A DNA stretch of 64,000 bases from an uncultured cyanobacterium (GCA_963706595.1 OY970166.1:3232001-3296000), one strand, 5' to 3'. Shown: positions 1-12,364, counted from the first letter of the stretch. The notes: generated by a model from the sequence alone, not told the origin. Translations and numbers: made by a program.

Positions 1-91
1 TGTCTTTGCAACTTGATTTAAACCAGTTGTTTGTGTTTGATACTGCTACAGGCGATCGCATCTCACCGGAGTAAAAGCCTGGGTATAAAAT

Positions 92-940
92 TTAGCTGGA
101 AGGTACAAGTTTAAATCCTGTTGCATTCAGGATTTCTTTGTCACCTTGTTTGACTATCAGGGTAGATGGACCATTGCCATCTTCTGTGATAGCTTGTGAC
201 CAAATATAGCGATAATCTCCATTCACCCAACCCATTACACATTCACCACGCCGACAGCTAACTTTACCACCTGTTAAGTTGATACAGTTGCCTTGAGCGT
301 CACATCCTTTATAAGTCACATTTCCGGTATTGTTAACTCCTAACCAAGAATCGCTATTACTAATGGTGACAGTCCATTTACCATTACTGTAACTTGATGA
401 GTTACTGGCTTGGGGTTTAGTTGGTGATTGTCCCAAAATTTCCATTTGGGAAATTATCGATTCTTGACGACTTTTACCGCACGGTTCAATGCTTTCGCAA
501 TCATTTAATGATGCGACTTCATAAGATAGGCGGACTTTCTTATTTAAATATTTTTCTGATTCTGCACAAATTTCAAAGGATGCACTTACATTATGAGTTT
601 TTCCCTGTTCATCTACTATGGTGGCGTAGCAGATAATATCCCCTGTAACTAACTCTTTAACTGTACCAACTTGCGGTTGATTATTAGCAACTGCTTGAGT
701 TTTAGGATTATTGGGAGTTGTACTTACTACATCTGTTTTAGGCGGTTTACTACTATTATTTACCGGGGAAGGTTTAGTTTCATTAGAACTTACCGTTGCA
801 TCCTCTACTTGAGACTCGGTTTGAGTTGTTTCAATAGTATTAGTTGTAGTTTCCCTGACAGTATCAGTTGGCGAATTACCACAGCTAGTAATTAAGATTG
901 AAGAAACAATTAAAGCAATTGTAGGGATTAACTTATTCAT
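92..940 (-). CDS. Hypothetical lipoprotein
   Basis: 282-aa ORF; N-terminal hydrophobic stretch ending in lipobox-like LITSC, Thr/Ser/Pro-rich linker, two Cys-containing domains. Confidence 0.75.
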   Translation of the reverse strand: MNKLIPTIALIVSSILITSCGNSPTDTVRETTTNTIETTQTESQVEDATVSSNETKPSPVNNSSKPPKTDVVSTTPNNPKTQAVANNQPQVGTVKELVTGDIICYATIVDEQGKTHNVSASFEICAESEKYLNKKVRLSYEVASLNDCESIEPCGKSRQESIISQMEILGQSPTKPQASNSSSYSNGKWTVTISNSDSWLGVNNTGNVTYKGCDAQGNCINLTGGKVSCRRGECVMGWVNGDYRYIWSQAITEDGNGPSTLIVKQGDKEILNATGFKLVPSS

Positions 941-1046
941 ATTTTATGCATTAAATTTCTGACATAAACCAACTACAGTCTTCACGTCCACAATTTCGCA
1001 CTTGTAGAGACGCGATTTATCGCGTCTTCTTCATATTATCGCGTCT

Positions 1047-2078
1047 TCATATCTGAGGTTTTGCCAAATTACCAGGAGCAAATGCCCCATTTTCCGTGAT
1101 TATAGCTGTAATTAACTCAGCCGGAGTGACATCAAAAGCCGGATTGTAAAAATCCACACCCGACGGTGTAAGCATAGTCTCCCCCACTTGGTAAATTTCC
1201 TCTGGGTTACGTTCCTCAATGGGAATTTGACTACCATCAGCTAAGGCAAAATCGACGGTAGAAAAAGGCGCTGCCACAAAGAAAGGGATATGATGGGCTT
1301 GAGCTGCGATCGCTACACTATAAGTACCAATTTTATTCGCAGTATCACCATTAGCAGCAATGCGGTCAGCACCCACAACCACAGCATGAATTAAACCCTG
1401 CTGCATACAATGAGCCGCCATGCTATCAGTAATTACCGTAACGGGAATACCTTCTTGAACACATTCCCAAGCCGTAAGTTTTGCCCCCTGCAAACGCGGA
1501 CGAGTTTCATCAGCAAACACACGTTCTAAACGCCCTTCTCGCCACGCCGAACGCACCACACCCAATGCCGTCCCATAACCAGCCGTAGCCAACGCCCCAG
1601 CATTGCAGTGAGTCAGAATCCGCAGCTTTTCCGGGGTGCTAGGTAATGCCTTTAAACCATGATCACCAATCGCCTGACAGGTTTGCACATCCTCAGCATT
1701 AATAGCTTGGGCTGTTTGCAAAAGACGCTGTTTAATTTCAGCCACAGTTCCCAAACTTTCGTAAGCAGTCTTCTTCATCCGGGTAATCGCCCAAAATAAA
1801 TTAACTGCTGTGGGACGAGTAGAACCCAACAACTCAGCGACCTTTTCCAAACCTTCTAAAAACTCATGCTGACTTTCCGTCTCAATTTCCCGCGCCCCCA
1901 GATACATCCCATAAGCAGCAGCCACACCAATAGCCGGCGCACCCCTGACAATCATAGTTTTAATCGCCCGTGCCATATCCTCACTACGGTGAATCTGCAC
2001 AAAAGTATACTCATTAGGTAAACGAGTTTGGTCAATCAGAGAAACCGAATCATTCTGCCAAATAACAGGATAAAGCAT
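1047..2078 (-). CDS. mtnA: S-methyl-5-thioribose-1-phosphate isomerase
   Basis: Motifs [49 protein letters not shown]. Confidence 0.95.
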   Translation of the reverse strand: MLYPVIWQNDSVSLIDQTRLPNEYTFVQIHRSEDMARAIKTMIVRGAPAIGVAAAYGMYLGAREIETESQHEFLEGLEKVAELLGSTRPTAVNLFWAITRMKKTAYESLGTVAEIKQRLLQTAQAINAEDVQTCQAIGDHGLKALPSTPEKLRILTHCNAGALATAGYGTALGVVRSAWREGRLERVFADETRPRLQGAKLTAWECVQEGIPVTVITDSMAAHCMQQGLIHAVVVGADRIAANGDTANKIGTYSVAIAAQAHHIPFFVAAPFSTVDFALADGSQIPIEERNPEEIYQVGETMLTPSGVDFYNPAFDVTPAELITAIITENGAFAPGNLAKPQI

Positions 2079-2190
2079 AAAAAATGGGGTAAATAACTCA
2101 ACTCTTCTCCTCCTCTCTGCGCCTCTGCGCGCGCCACTTGCTCATGGGGGAAACCCCCAAGACCGCAGTGGCTTCTCTGCGTGAAACTTC

Positions 2191-4200
2191 CTACTGAGGA
2201 AAATATGCTATAATCATCGCCACTTGAGGATGATTACGAGCGATCGCCTCCGGTGCATGACCCAGAAGAGAGAACAGCTGACTTTTCTGTTCAACAGTAC
2301 CATTTAACACCAGCAAATCATTAGTTTTAAGTAACCGAGAAACTTGGCGGACAAAATTCCCACGCACCTTTTGAATTGGTGTATCTGGCGGTAGTTCAAT
2401 ATCAGTAAGTTCCACAGTTGCCCCTCTAACTGCTACGACGTGCAACAATTGTAGCGATGCTTTGAGTTCTGTAGCCAAACTTTTAGCTAATTGGATACTT
2501 TGGTTAAAAGAACTAGCATAAGTCTGTTGAGTCGTGAAAGCGATAAACACACGCCTTGTATGTTCAATTGGTAATGGAAATCGAGTTACTAAAACTGGTA
2601 CAGAACTACGATTGACAATCTTATCAATCACACCACCAAATAGATTTTCCTGATAAGTAGAATAACCCTTCCAACCGCAGACAATTACACTAGCTTGTTT
2701 TTCTTCAGCGACACGGGCGATACCCTTATCAATTGATTCATCAATGCGACCAATGGGCGTAACATTAGTAACAGCAGCATGAGCAATCATTTCCGCAGTC
2801 GATAATAATTGCTTTTGTCTGGTTTTATCCTCTGGGGAAATAGTGGAATTCTGCTCAAGTAAAATGTGAAGCGGTAGCAGAGTTCCTTTAGCCGATTTTG
2901 CGAGGAGAATCGCCAATTGTAGCAGATTATCTTCCGTACTGGGGTTAGCAACTGGGACTAAAACGCGATCGCCTATTTTTCCTATCTTCGGGCTTTGAGT
3001 CGTGACTTCTCCAGGCTTCATTTTTTGTCCCCATTGCGCCGTCACCCAAGGAGAAGCAACACAGGTAACTAAAATCATGGCAATAGTACCATTTACAGTC
3101 AATTGGTCAACCAACTCAATATTAAAAGCAACAGTAATCGCCGCTAGAGTAGAAGCAGCTTGAGCTACCGATAGCCCAAACATCACCATAATATTGTCAA
3201 AATTAAATCCAAATAACTTACCTGCACCCCAAGCCGGGATAAACTTGGCAGCAAGAGCAACAGTCACCATCACACCTGATACTACCAGCGCTCGTGGTTC
3301 TTGAAACAGAATGCGGGGATTTACCAACATTCCGACAGAAATCAGGAAAAATGGCACAAATAACGTATTACCGATAAATTGAATCCGATTCATTAACGGG
3401 CTAAGTTGCGGTATCAGTTGGGTAATCGCAACTCCAGCTAAAAAAGCCCCAATAATTGGCTCAATTTGGATTAATTGAGCAGCGTAGGAAACCACAAACA
3501 AACTAGCTAAAACAAAGGTAAACTCTGCCCCTTCGTCATGTCCAAAGCGCTGAAAAAACCAACGTCCCAGACGAGGTAATCCCCACAGAATCAGGAAGGT
3601 ATAAATAATCAGTGAGGGAATCAGAAATAGCCAAAACTGTAAAGTTAAATTACCTTCATGCGCTCTCACTACTACCGCTAACACTAAAAGTGCCAAAATA
3701 TTGGTGATTAATGTTCCTCCCAGAGTGGTAGTCATCACTTGCGATCGCATAATTCCCAGCTTACTAGCTACAGGTAATGCTAATAGGGTATGAGAAGCGA
3801 AACAGGATGCAACCAAAACAGCCGGCAATAAATCATAGCCAATAGCCATCATCCCTCCAGTACCCAATACCATCGGTACTAGAAAAGTCGCCAGCCCAAA
3901 AATTACCGCCTTATCAGCGTTATATCTCATGTCATCCAGGCTAGTTTCCAGTCCCGCCATGAACATGAGAAATAATAAACCGACTGTACCCAGTAGGATA
4001 ATTGTGCTATCTCGTGCTAACAATCCCAGGCCATTAGGACCAACTACAACCCCAGCCAAGATTAATCCCACAATCCCAGGTAGGCGAATTTTCTCAAATA
4101 GCAGGGGAGCGATGAGCATAATCCCCAAAATCATCAAAAACACCGGTACTGGGTCTTTAATGGGTGTTGATATGAGGGTATTCATTAATATATTAGTCAT
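2191..4200 (-). CDS. Cation:proton antiporter (CPA2) with C-terminal USP-like domains
   Basis: About 12 hydrophobic segments, FLMFMAGLE and GAFLAG motifs, soluble tail beginning RVLVPVANP. Confidence 0.88.
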   Translation of the reverse strand: MTNILMNTLISTPIKDPVPVFLMILGIMLIAPLLFEKIRLPGIVGLILAGVVVGPNGLGLLARDSTIILLGTVGLLFLMFMAGLETSLDDMRYNADKAVIFGLATFLVPMVLGTGGMMAIGYDLLPAVLVASCFASHTLLALPVASKLGIMRSQVMTTTLGGTLITNILALLVLAVVVRAHEGNLTLQFWLFLIPSLIIYTFLILWGLPRLGRWFFQRFGHDEGAEFTFVLASLFVVSYAAQLIQIEPIIGAFLAGVAITQLIPQLSPLMNRIQFIGNTLFVPFFLISVGMLVNPRILFQEPRALVVSGVMVTVALAAKFIPAWGAGKLFGFNFDNIMVMFGLSVAQAASTLAAITVAFNIELVDQLTVNGTIAMILVTCVASPWVTAQWGQKMKPGEVTTQSPKIGKIGDRVLVPVANPSTEDNLLQLAILLAKSAKGTLLPLHILLEQNSTISPEDKTRQKQLLSTAEMIAHAAVTNVTPIGRIDESIDKGIARVAEEKQASVIVCGWKGYSTYQENLFGGVIDKIVNRSSVPVLVTRFPLPIEHTRRVFIAFTTQQTYASSFNQSIQLAKSLATELKASLQLLHVVAVRGATVELTDIELPPDTPIQKVRGNFVRQVSRLLKTNDLLVLNGTVEQKSQLFSLLGHAPEAIARNHPQVAMIIAYFPQ

Positions 4201-4438
4201 ATCCTGCCCTAAAGTTGCGATATCTACAATCAGCTACGCTAACGCCGCTAATTTCGTAGCCATGTTCAGGCACTATACTTAGTTGCACTGACTAAAATAT
4301 TAATACTTTCTCAAAACTTCAATCCCATTCATAGTGTATTAAATATGTATCTTTTAATTGGGGATGGGGACAGGGGAGAGATTACTCCCTAATGGGGCAT
4401 AAAAACTAATATTAATATGAATTCTACCAAGATTAAAT

Positions 4439-4532
4439 CACGACTTACGCAAAAACTCTCTCAAACCATTATTCCTCTGTGTTCTCTGCGTCTGGAGTGG
4501 TTCTTTATTCCGTAATTCGTGCGTAAGTCCTG
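4439..4532. mobile_element. MITE, about 94 bp
   Basis: Ends CACGACTTACGCA / TGCGTAAGTCCTG, flanked by TAAAT at 4434-4438 and 4533-4537. Confidence 0.65.
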
Positions 4533-4645
4533 TAAATATGAAGTTTTTATAAATTTATGACTATGATTTTTTCAGTAAATTAACTCTGACAGTGGCAATA
4601 TCAAAATTCATAGAATAAATAAACTAACTCAATTCTTATTTATTT

Positions 4646-5035
4646 ATGAGATTTTACTCACATTCCTGGGCATTTTTAACTTATTCTTGGGGATTATTAA
4701 CAATTAGTTTTGCTGTTTCATTGCCAGCTCAAGCATCAATTGTTTGTGAACCAGGAACAATTATTAATTATACTAACAACTCATTAGCAGGTTGTATCCT
4801 TGGTCAAGACATGACCGTGCAGTTGTCTAGTGCTAATGCAGGAACATCTAATTTTCCTTGTCGAGCCAAAAGTTATATATCTTTTGATGATAAAGGGCAG
4901 TTTCAGAGTTGCCAACTTGCACAAGAAATTGAAATTAAACAAGGTAACTCTATCACAAAATGCCCAGCAGATTATAGAGTATCTGTTTCAGTTTCAGAGA
5001 ATGGTATTTTCTCTATTAATTGTAGTCGTTATTAA
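4646..5035 (+). CDS. Hypothetical secreted Cys-rich protein
   Basis: 129 aa; signal peptide ending PAQA; six Cys in the mature part. Confidence 0.7.
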   Translation: MRFYSHSWAFLTYSWGLLTISFAVSLPAQASIVCEPGTIINYTNNSLAGCILGQDMTVQLSSANAGTSNFPCRAKSYISFDDKGQFQSCQLAQEIEIKQGNSITKCPADYRVSVSVSENGIFSINCSRY

Positions 5036-5042
5036 TTTACTT

Positions 5043-5153
5043 GGCGTTGCTGAAACCAAGTATGAATTTAAATGTAGAGACGTTCCATGGAACGTCTCTA
5101 CAGGGGTTTTGACATCATCACAAATCGTGTTCATACTTCAAATCAGCAACACC
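5043..5153. mobile_element. MITE (111 bp) with internal REP-like hairpin
   Basis: Imperfect TIRs GGCGTTGCTGA..AAGTATGAA / TTCATACTT..TCAGCAACACC; 8-bp direct repeat ATTTACTT at 5035-5042 and 5154-5161. Confidence 0.75.
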
Positions 5154-5205
5154 ATTTACTTAACTGAACATCAACCGAACTCAAAGATGTATTTTCCAAA
5201 ATACT

Positions 5206-5235
5206 TGTAGAGACGCGATTTATCGCGTCTCTACA
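5206..5235. repeat. GTAG-type REP-like palindrome
   Basis: TGTAGAGACGCGATTTATCGCGTCTCTACA; related copies near 1003, 5073, 16968, 30320 and 62586. Confidence 0.8.
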
Positions 5236-5259
5236 TTCTCACCAGATGTCTAATGTTAA

Positions 5260-7167
5260 CTAGACAACAGGAGATGCTTGCTTTTGAAAGAAAGCAGCCA
5301 TAACTCTTTCGGCGATTTGACGGCTAGTTAAACCTAAGTCTGCCTTAGATTCATCCGGTGTCGCATGATCTACCAATATATCTGGTACACCAATCCGCTT
5401 CACAGGAACCACAACATCAGCATCTAGTAATGCTTCAGCCACCGCTGAACCAAAGCCACCCGTAACACAGCCTTCTTCCAAAGTGACAACCCGGCCGATT
5501 TGCTTCGCCAAAGGCAAAATTAATTCTGTATCCAAAGGCTTGACAAAACGGGCATTAATCACAGTCGCTTCAATGCCGTGTTCGCTGAGAATTTCTGCAA
5601 CCTGCATACTGGGATATACCATAGTCCCGTAACCGATGAGTAAAACATCATCACCGTTACGCAGAATTTCTCCCTTACCAATTTCTAAAGGTTCCCAACC
5701 TTCTTCCATCAGGGGAACACCGTAACCATTACCACGGGGGTAACGCATAGCAATTGGTCCACTTGTATGATTAATGCCAGTTACTACCATGCGTTGCAGT
5801 TCGGCTTCGTCTTTAGGTGCCATCATCACCATATTGGGAATACAGCGCAGATACGCGATGTCATACATACCTTGGTGTGTGGGACCATCAGCACCAACAA
5901 TTCCCGCCCTGTCTAAACAGAAGAACACAGGCAGGTTTTGAATACAAACATCGTGAATTATCTGGTCGTAAGCCCGTTGTAAGAAAGTGGAGTAAATAGC
6001 CGCTACAGGGCGCATTCCTTCACTAGCCATAGCTGCCGCTAAGGTAATAGCGTGTTGTTCCGCAATCCCGACATCAATATATTGATTGGGTAGTTTAGCT
6101 TGGAGTTTATCTAAACCTGTTCCCGTAGCCATTGCGGCGGTAATTCCCACAATTTTGGGGTTTTGTTCCGCAAGTTTGACTAAGGTGTGGGAAAAGACTT
6201 TGGCGTAAGCCGGGGGTTTAGGCTTCGTTGAGGGAACCGCTTTACCTGTGGTCAAGTTAAATGGGCTTTGGGCATGGTAGCCTACTTTATCTAGTTCGGC
6301 GATTTCGTAGCCTTTGCCTTTAACTGTAATCACATGGACTAAAACAGGACCTGTCATTTCATGTGCTTGGTTGAAGCTAGAAATTAAGTCTTCTAAATTA
6401 TGCCCATCCACTGGTCCAATATAAGTAAAACCTAGTTCTTCAAAGACTGCACCGACCTTGGGAACCGCTAAACGCTTCATTCCTTCTTTGATGCGTCCCA
6501 GTTCGGGAGACAAGGATTCACCAACAAAGGGAATTTGCTTAAACTGTTCTTCAAAATTATCTTTGATAAACTGCACGGGTGCGCTGAGGCGCATTTTATT
6601 AAGGTAGCGGGGAATTGCGCCGACGTTGGGAGAGATAGACATCTCGTTGTCGTTGAGAACCACCAGCAGTTTTGTTTTCGGTAAGTGTCCCGCATGGTTT
6701 ATGGCTTCTAAAGCCATACCACCAGTTAAAGCACCGTCACCAATTACGGCTACTGATTTAAATTTTTCTCCTTTTAATTCTCCCGCTAAAGCCATACCCA
6801 ATGCGGCGGAAATACTGGTAGAAGCGTGTCCAGCACCAAAGTGATCAAATTTGCTTTCACACCGCTTGAGATAACCAGCAACTCCGGCTTTTTGTCTAAG
6901 GGTATGAAAGTCGTTGTAGCGTCCTGTCAGCAGTTTGTGGGGATAGGCTTGATGTCCCACATCCCAAATGACTTTATCCCGATCTAAATCCAGTGTCTGG
7001 TAAAGTCCTAGTGTTAATTCTACAACTCCCAAACCAGGTCCGAGATGTCCCCCACTTGTGGCTACTGTTTGTAGGTGCTTGTCTCGAATCTGACGGGCGA
7101 TTTGTTGCAATTGTCGGATCGACAAACCATGCAACTGGTTAGGATGGGTGATTTCACTCAGATGCAT
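5260..7167 (-). CDS. dxs: 1-deoxy-D-xylulose-5-phosphate synthase
   Basis: [46 protein letters not shown]. Confidence 0.97.
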   Translation of the reverse strand: MHLSEITHPNQLHGLSIRQLQQIARQIRDKHLQTVATSGGHLGPGLGVVELTLGLYQTLDLDRDKVIWDVGHQAYPHKLLTGRYNDFHTLRQKAGVAGYLKRCESKFDHFGAGHASTSISAALGMALAGELKGEKFKSVAVIGDGALTGGMALEAINHAGHLPKTKLLVVLNDNEMSISPNVGAIPRYLNKMRLSAPVQFIKDNFEEQFKQIPFVGESLSPELGRIKEGMKRLAVPKVGAVFEELGFTYIGPVDGHNLEDLISSFNQAHEMTGPVLVHVITVKGKGYEIAELDKVGYHAQSPFNLTTGKAVPSTKPKPPAYAKVFSHTLVKLAEQNPKIVGITAAMATGTGLDKLQAKLPNQYIDVGIAEQHAITLAAAMASEGMRPVAAIYSTFLQRAYDQIIHDVCIQNLPVFFCLDRAGIVGADGPTHQGMYDIAYLRCIPNMVMMAPKDEAELQRMVVTGINHTSGPIAMRYPRGNGYGVPLMEEGWEPLEIGKGEILRNGDDVLLIGYGTMVYPSMQVAEILSEHGIEATVINARFVKPLDTELILPLAKQIGRVVTLEEGCVTGGFGSAVAEALLDADVVVPVKRIGVPDILVDHATPDESKADLGLTSRQIAERVMAAFFQKQASPVV

Positions 7168-7246
7168 ATTATAGGGTGTTCCTCTCTAAACTCTACTTCT
7201 AACATTTTTTGATTTTCCCACGGTGGGGATGCTTGTCAGATTATTT

Positions 7247-7297
7247 GGTCATTAGTCATTAGTCATTAGTCATTAGTCATTAGTCATTGGTCATTAG
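7247..7297. repeat. STRR heptamer tandem repeat (TCATTAG)n
   Basis: About 7 tandem copies, one variant TCATTGG. Confidence 0.9.
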
Positions 7298-7301
7298 GAA
7301 G

Positions 7302-8039
7302 TTACAATTTCCCCCCTGCTCCCTGCTCCCTGCTCCCCTGCTTCTTCTCCCCACTCCCCACTATTGGCATTTCTGGTTGTGGCTGCTGTCTTTGTAAATA
7401 ATGACTCAATAAATAAGCCATGTCTCCACGGGTCATGGGTCGTAATGGGGAAATGTTATTTTGGTCATCTGTGTTAATAAATCCTTCCGCAACTACTGTG
7501 GCGATCGCTCTTCTCGCCCATACTGGAATTGATGCTGCATCTGGATGCGGCTCAAGTATTTCGTTTACGGTGCTATCACCAAATTGAAATACACCATAAG
7601 CTTGGGCAAAAATAGCCAAACCTTCTGCCCTGGTGACTCTTTGATTAGGGAAGAACAAATTGCCTCGATATCCTTTCATAATATCAGTTTTAAGAACTGC
7701 CTGAATGTCATTAAATGCCCAATGGGAACGGGGAACATCTGCCACAGTTTTCGCCTCTTGTTGTTTAACAGCTTCGCGTTGGTCGAGTCTAAATGCCTTC
7801 ACCAAAATGGCAGCTAATTCTGCACGACTAATCATCCTTTCTGGATAAAAGTTTCCATCAGGTGAATTGGTCATTAAGTTAGCTGTAATTACCTGTTTAA
7901 TTGCTTGAGATGGCAATGTTTCAGTTGGTTCTAGCGCTCTAGCAACACTTAATGGCAGGTTTTGCAGTAGTAATACTAAAGAAAGAGTACCTAGCAACTT
8001 TCGCATCTTGATCATGATTTTCATTTTGCTACTCTGCAT
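7302..8039 (-). CDS. S-layer homology (SLH) domain protein
   Basis: Signal peptide; three SLH-like repeats (FYPERMISRAE, FFPNQRVTRAE, ISPLRPMTRGD). Confidence 0.88.
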   Translation of the reverse strand: MQSSKMKIMIKMRKLLGTLSLVLLLQNLPLSVARALEPTETLPSQAIKQVITANLMTNSPDGNFYPERMISRAELAAILVKAFRLDQREAVKQQEAKTVADVPRSHWAFNDIQAVLKTDIMKGYRGNLFFPNQRVTRAEGLAIFAQAYGVFQFGDSTVNEILEPHPDAASIPVWARRAIATVVAEGFINTDDQNNISPLRPMTRGDMAYLLSHYLQRQQPQPEMPIVGSGEKKQGSREQGAGGKL

Positions 8040-8380
8040 CTATAAGCAACTGAGAGACTCACCTTTGTGGGTGATGTTCCAAATATTGACGCATTTTCGC
8101 TTGACAAAGTTGCCCTGATTAGGTAGAGAAGTAATTTGGCTATTTTTCTTTAGTAAATCATGGCTCACTAATGATGTGGATGGGCAGTTTTTGCTAATTT
8201 GAATTTAATTAAATTTCCTCCTTTTTGATTTCGTCTGCATAGTCTATATTAACTAACTTTATTGGGACATTTCAGGTTGTTAGTATTCAGATTAATCTAA
8301 AATCTTCCTAATTTAAAATGTCAAGTTACGTTTTATAGGCACTATAGAATCAGCCCTAACAGTGGGGCTGTGAGCATCTA

Positions 8381-8520
8381 ATACCATTTTTTTATCAAGC
8401 TGCATAGAATTCAATCCCCCCTAGCCCCCCTAAAAAAGGGGGGAAAATTTCTTCAAGTCCCCCTTTTGAAGGGGGATTTAGGGGGATAGAGATATATGCA
8501 ACTTCACATTAAATTGGTAT
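8381..8520. mobile_element. Probable MITE with GC-rich internal hairpins
   Basis: Ends ATACCATTT / AAATTGGTAT; internal CCCCCC..GGGGGG stems. Confidence 0.5.
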
Positions 8521-8772
8521 AACACTGAATCGGCGCAATGAATATCAAGTAATCATGATCACAAATTTAAAAATAATTTTACTGAGGATTAACTGAGAAA
8601 TTTCAGCCAGAGAAATATTATAACCTAACTGCAATTATGCGGTTGTGTAGCTGATAAATCAGGTATTTTGCGGAAATAATGAGGAATTTTGGGTGAGTGA
8701 ATTAGGAATTGCCGAGGATGTAGTATAGTCGGTCGTGATAGAGCATTGACTCAATATTTCAGGAGTTTTGGA

Positions 8773-9483
8773 ATGAGCGCAACAGTAGATCCAGTAAAGT
8801 TGATGAAGCAAGAAGTTGGCAAGGCGGCTGCCGCCCTGGTAAAATCAGGCTCGATAGTCGGTTTGGGTACGGGGTCAACTACAGCTTATACAATTCAGTT
8901 TTTAGGCGATCGCATCAAATCCGGTGAACTTAAAGATATAGTAGGTATCCCTACCTCTTTTCAATCAGAAGTGCTGGCGAAAGAATACGGCGTACCTCTG
9001 ACCACCTTAGATGCTGTTGACCACATTGATATTGCCATTGATGGGGCTGATGAAGTTGACCCCCAGAAAAATTTAATCAAAGGCGGCGGTGCAGCACATA
9101 CCCGTGAAAAAGTAGTAGATTACTTAGCAGCGCAATTTATCGTTGTAGTTGATAGCGGTAAATTAGTCGAGCGTTTGGGTTCCACTTTTGCAGTACCTGT
9201 AGAGGTAATCCCAATGGCCATTACCCCTGTTACCAACGCCATCAAAAAACTCGGTGGTAAACCTGAACTCCGCATGGGTGTTAAAAAAGCCGGTCCAGTA
9301 ATTACGGATCAAGGTAACTTTGTCTTAGATGTCAGATTTGATTCTATTGACGACCCCGTTACCCTAGAAAAAACATTGAATAATATTCCTGGTGTCTTGG
9401 AAAATGGCATCTTTGTAAATTGTGTAGATGTTGTTTTAGTGGGCGAAGTTAAAGACGGTCAGCCTTTAGTGCGTCAACTGTAA
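8773..9483 (+). CDS. rpiA: Ribose-5-phosphate isomerase A
   Basis: [30 protein letters not shown] at 8761 favours the ATG at 8773. Confidence 0.96.
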   Translation: MSATVDPVKLMKQEVGKAAAALVKSGSIVGLGTGSTTAYTIQFLGDRIKSGELKDIVGIPTSFQSEVLAKEYGVPLTTLDAVDHIDIAIDGADEVDPQKNLIKGGGAAHTREKVVDYLAAQFIVVVDSGKLVERLGSTFAVPVEVIPMAITPVTNAIKKLGGKPELRMGVKKAGPVITDQGNFVLDVRFDSIDDPVTLEKTLNNIPGVLENGIFVNCVDVVLVGEVKDGQPLVRQL

Positions 9484-9944
9484 GAGGGGCTAGGGCGTGT
9501 TTTAAAAGTCTAAACGTCGGTTGGGACTGGGAAGAGGCAGAGGGGAAGGGTGCAGGGCTTCGCTGTCAGCGTCAGCCGTAAAGCCTACGGCATAGCTGCG
9601 CTTAGAGCATAGTTTTCCGAAGGGTACGGTGCAGGTAAGAAAATACAGAACCTCACCCCCAACCCCTCTCCTTACTAAGGAGAGGGGAGAATTTGACGCA
9701 ACTTTTTAGGCGGGGTGAGGTCAAAAACCAGAATTTGGATGTTGTTTAATTCATATTCCTAAGCTCGACTTTATCCAAAATTAAGAAATCAGTTTCTTTC
9801 TCTGGCAAAAATCCTGGCTTTTTGGCAAATACTTTTTCTACGTCACAGAGGATCGATGAAGTTAAAAAAGTAAGGTTTCACTTGAGAAAACTTTCACATC
9901 AGGTTAAGCTTCCTTAGCTTAACCGCACGTTATAAAATCAGGCG

Positions 9945-12362
9945 ATGACCAAACCTCTGTCCTCCGTAATTCCTGCTTGCACTTGGAGCCGTCCCATCGG
10001 CTTAGGCTGGGACAAGCCTTATACTGTTCGCTACGCTAGTAATATTGATGATGGACCTTGGCACGGTATGCCTTTAGGTGGCTTTGGTGCGGGTTGTATC
10101 GGTCGTTCTTCACGAGGAGATTTTAATCTGTGGCACATTGACGGTGGTGAACATACGTTTCAAAATATCCCCGCTTGTCAATTTAGTGTATTTGAATCTG
10201 ATGGTACATCTGCTCAAGCTTATGCTTTGGCTACAGAACCGCCGGCAAATGGTAGTCTCGCAGCGTGGAATTGGTATCCAGCATGTACAGCGATACAGTC
10301 AACAGGAACTTATCACGCCTTATATCCCCGGAGTTGGTTTGTTTACGAAAATGTCTTGCAAGCACAGTTAACTTGTGAGCAGTTTTCACCAATTTGGGCA
10401 GAAAATTATCAAGAATCTAGCTATCCGGTGGCGGTGTTTAACTGGAAGGCTCATAACCCTACAAATGCACCTATTACCCTGAGTATTATGCTGACTTGGG
10501 AAAATATGGTGGGCTGGTTTACTAATGCGTTGAAGTCTCCAGAAGTGCGGATACGGGATGATGGTAGTCCGGTTTATGAATATCAGCCACGTTTAGGCGA
10601 TAGTCAAGATAATTACAATTTAATAGTTGAAAATACAGAATACTTTAGTTCTATTTGTAGCCGGGTCGTTGATGATGAGTCAGTAGCAGAAGGCGATGGT
10701 AGTTGGTGTATTGCGACTATCAAACATCCTCAAGTAGAAGTATTTTACAATACTCGCTGGAATCCTGCGGGTACTGGGGCAGATGTGTGGGAAAGTTTTG
10801 CTGCTGATGGTTCTTTGCCTAATTATCAAGATGCTACTCCGGCGTTAGAAAATACACAAATCGGGACGGCGATCGCCCTGCGTTTTACTCTCCAGCCAGG
10901 GGAAACTTTAGACATTCCTTTTGTCCTAGCTTGGGATTTTCCGGTAACAGAATTTGCCGCCGGAATTAATTATTACCGCAGATATACAGACTTTTTTGGG
11001 CGTGGTGGTAATCATGCTGGGGCGATCGCCTCTACTGCTCTGACTCAATATCAAACTTGGTATAAAAACATAGTAAATTGGCAACAGCCGATTATTGATA
11101 GAGAAGATTTACCCGACTGGTTTAAAATGGCTTTATTTAATGAGCTATATGACCTAACTAGCGGTGGAACTCTCTGGAGTGCAGCCTCAGAACTTGACCC
11201 CATTGGTCAATTTGCGGTGCTGGAATGTTTAGATTATCGTTGGTACGAAAGTTTAGATGTGCGGTTGTATGGTTCTTTTGGGCTATTACATCTATTCCCC
11301 GAACTGGAAAAATCGGTGATGCGGGCATTTGCTAGAGCGATTCCCCATAGTGATCATCACCAGCGTGTCATAGGCTATTATTATACCATCGGGGCAGAGA
11401 CAACTACCGCAGTTCGTAAAATCGCAGGTGCAACACCTCACGATTTAGGCGCACCAAATGAACACGTTTGGGAGAAAACAAATTATACCTGCTATCAAGA
11501 CTGCAATTTGTGGAAAGATTTGGGTAGCGATTTTGTCTTGCAAGTATACCGAGATTTTCTGCTAACTGGTGCTGATGATGTCCAGTTTTTGGTAGATTGT
11601 TGGGCGGGAATTGTGCAAACTCTCGACTATCTGAAAACCTTTGATTTAGATGGTGATGGGATTCCTGAGAACTCTGGCGCACCTGACCAAACCTTTGATG
11701 ATTGGCGGTTACAGGGTGTGAGTGCTTATTGTGGGGGTTTGTGGTTGGCGGCTTTAGAGGCGGCGATCGCGATTAGTGATATTTTATTAAAAAACAACCT
11801 TGGCGACCTTGGCGACTTGGCGGTACAAAAATCCACCTACCAAAAATGGTTAACACAGTCACTTCCTGTTTATCAAGAAAAGCTCTGGAATGGTCAGTAT
11901 TTTCGCTTAGATAGTGAGAGTGGTTCTGATGTGGTGATGGCGGATCAATTGTGTGGACAATTCTATGCGCGGTTATTGGGATTACCGGATATTGTACCAA
12001 GCGATCGCGCCTTGTCTGCTTTACAAACTGTTTATGATGCTTGCTTCCTCAAATTCTGTGATGGTGAATTTGGGGCGGCTAACGGTGTGCGTCCTGATGG
12101 TTCACCAGAAAACCCTAATGCTACCCATCCTTTGGAAGTCTGGACAGGAATTAATTTTGGACTGGCGGCTTTTCTCGTCCAAATGGGAATGCAGGATGAA
12201 GCATTGAAGTTAACAGGCGCTGTGGTACAGCAAATTTATGACAATGGGTTACAATTCCGCACACCGGAAGCGATTACCGCCTCTGGGACTTTCCGTGCTA
12301 GTACCTATCTGCGGGCGATGGCTATTTGGGCAATTTATCTCATGATTGATTCCAAAATATAG
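9945..12362 (+). CDS. GH116-family glycoside hydrolase
   Basis: GMPLGGFGAG, FAVLECLDY, PHDLG, DQTFDDW motifs; 805 aa. Confidence 0.9.
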   Translation: MTKPLSSVIPACTWSRPIGLGWDKPYTVRYASNIDDGPWHGMPLGGFGAGCIGRSSRGDFNLWHIDGGEHTFQNIPACQFSVFESDGTSAQAYALATEPPANGSLAAWNWYPACTAIQSTGTYHALYPRSWFVYENVLQAQLTCEQFSPIWAENYQESSYPVAVFNWKAHNPTNAPITLSIMLTWENMVGWFTNALKSPEVRIRDDGSPVYEYQPRLGDSQDNYNLIVENTEYFSSICSRVVDDESVAEGDGSWCIATIKHPQVEVFYNTRWNPAGTGADVWESFAADGSLPNYQDATPALENTQIGTAIALRFTLQPGETLDIPFVLAWDFPVTEFAAGINYYRRYTDFFGRGGNHAGAIASTALTQYQTWYKNIVNWQQPIIDREDLPDWFKMALFNELYDLTSGGTLWSAASELDPIGQFAVLECLDYRWYESLDVRLYGSFGLLHLFPELEKSVMRAFARAIPHSDHHQRVIGYYYTIGAETTTAVRKIAGATPHDLGAPNEHVWEKTNYTCYQDCNLWKDLGSDFVLQVYRDFLLTGADDVQFLVDCWAGIVQTLDYLKTFDLDGDGIPENSGAPDQTFDDWRLQGVSAYCGGLWLAALEAAIAISDILLKNNLGDLGDLAVQKSTYQKWLTQSLPVYQEKLWNGQYFRLDSESGSDVVMADQLCGQFYARLLGLPDIVPSDRALSALQTVYDACFLKFCDGEFGAANGVRPDGSPENPNATHPLEVWTGINFGLAAFLVQMGMQDEALKLTGAVVQQIYDNGLQFRTPEAITASGTFRASTYLRAMAIWAIYLMIDSKI

Positions 12363-12364
12363 CT

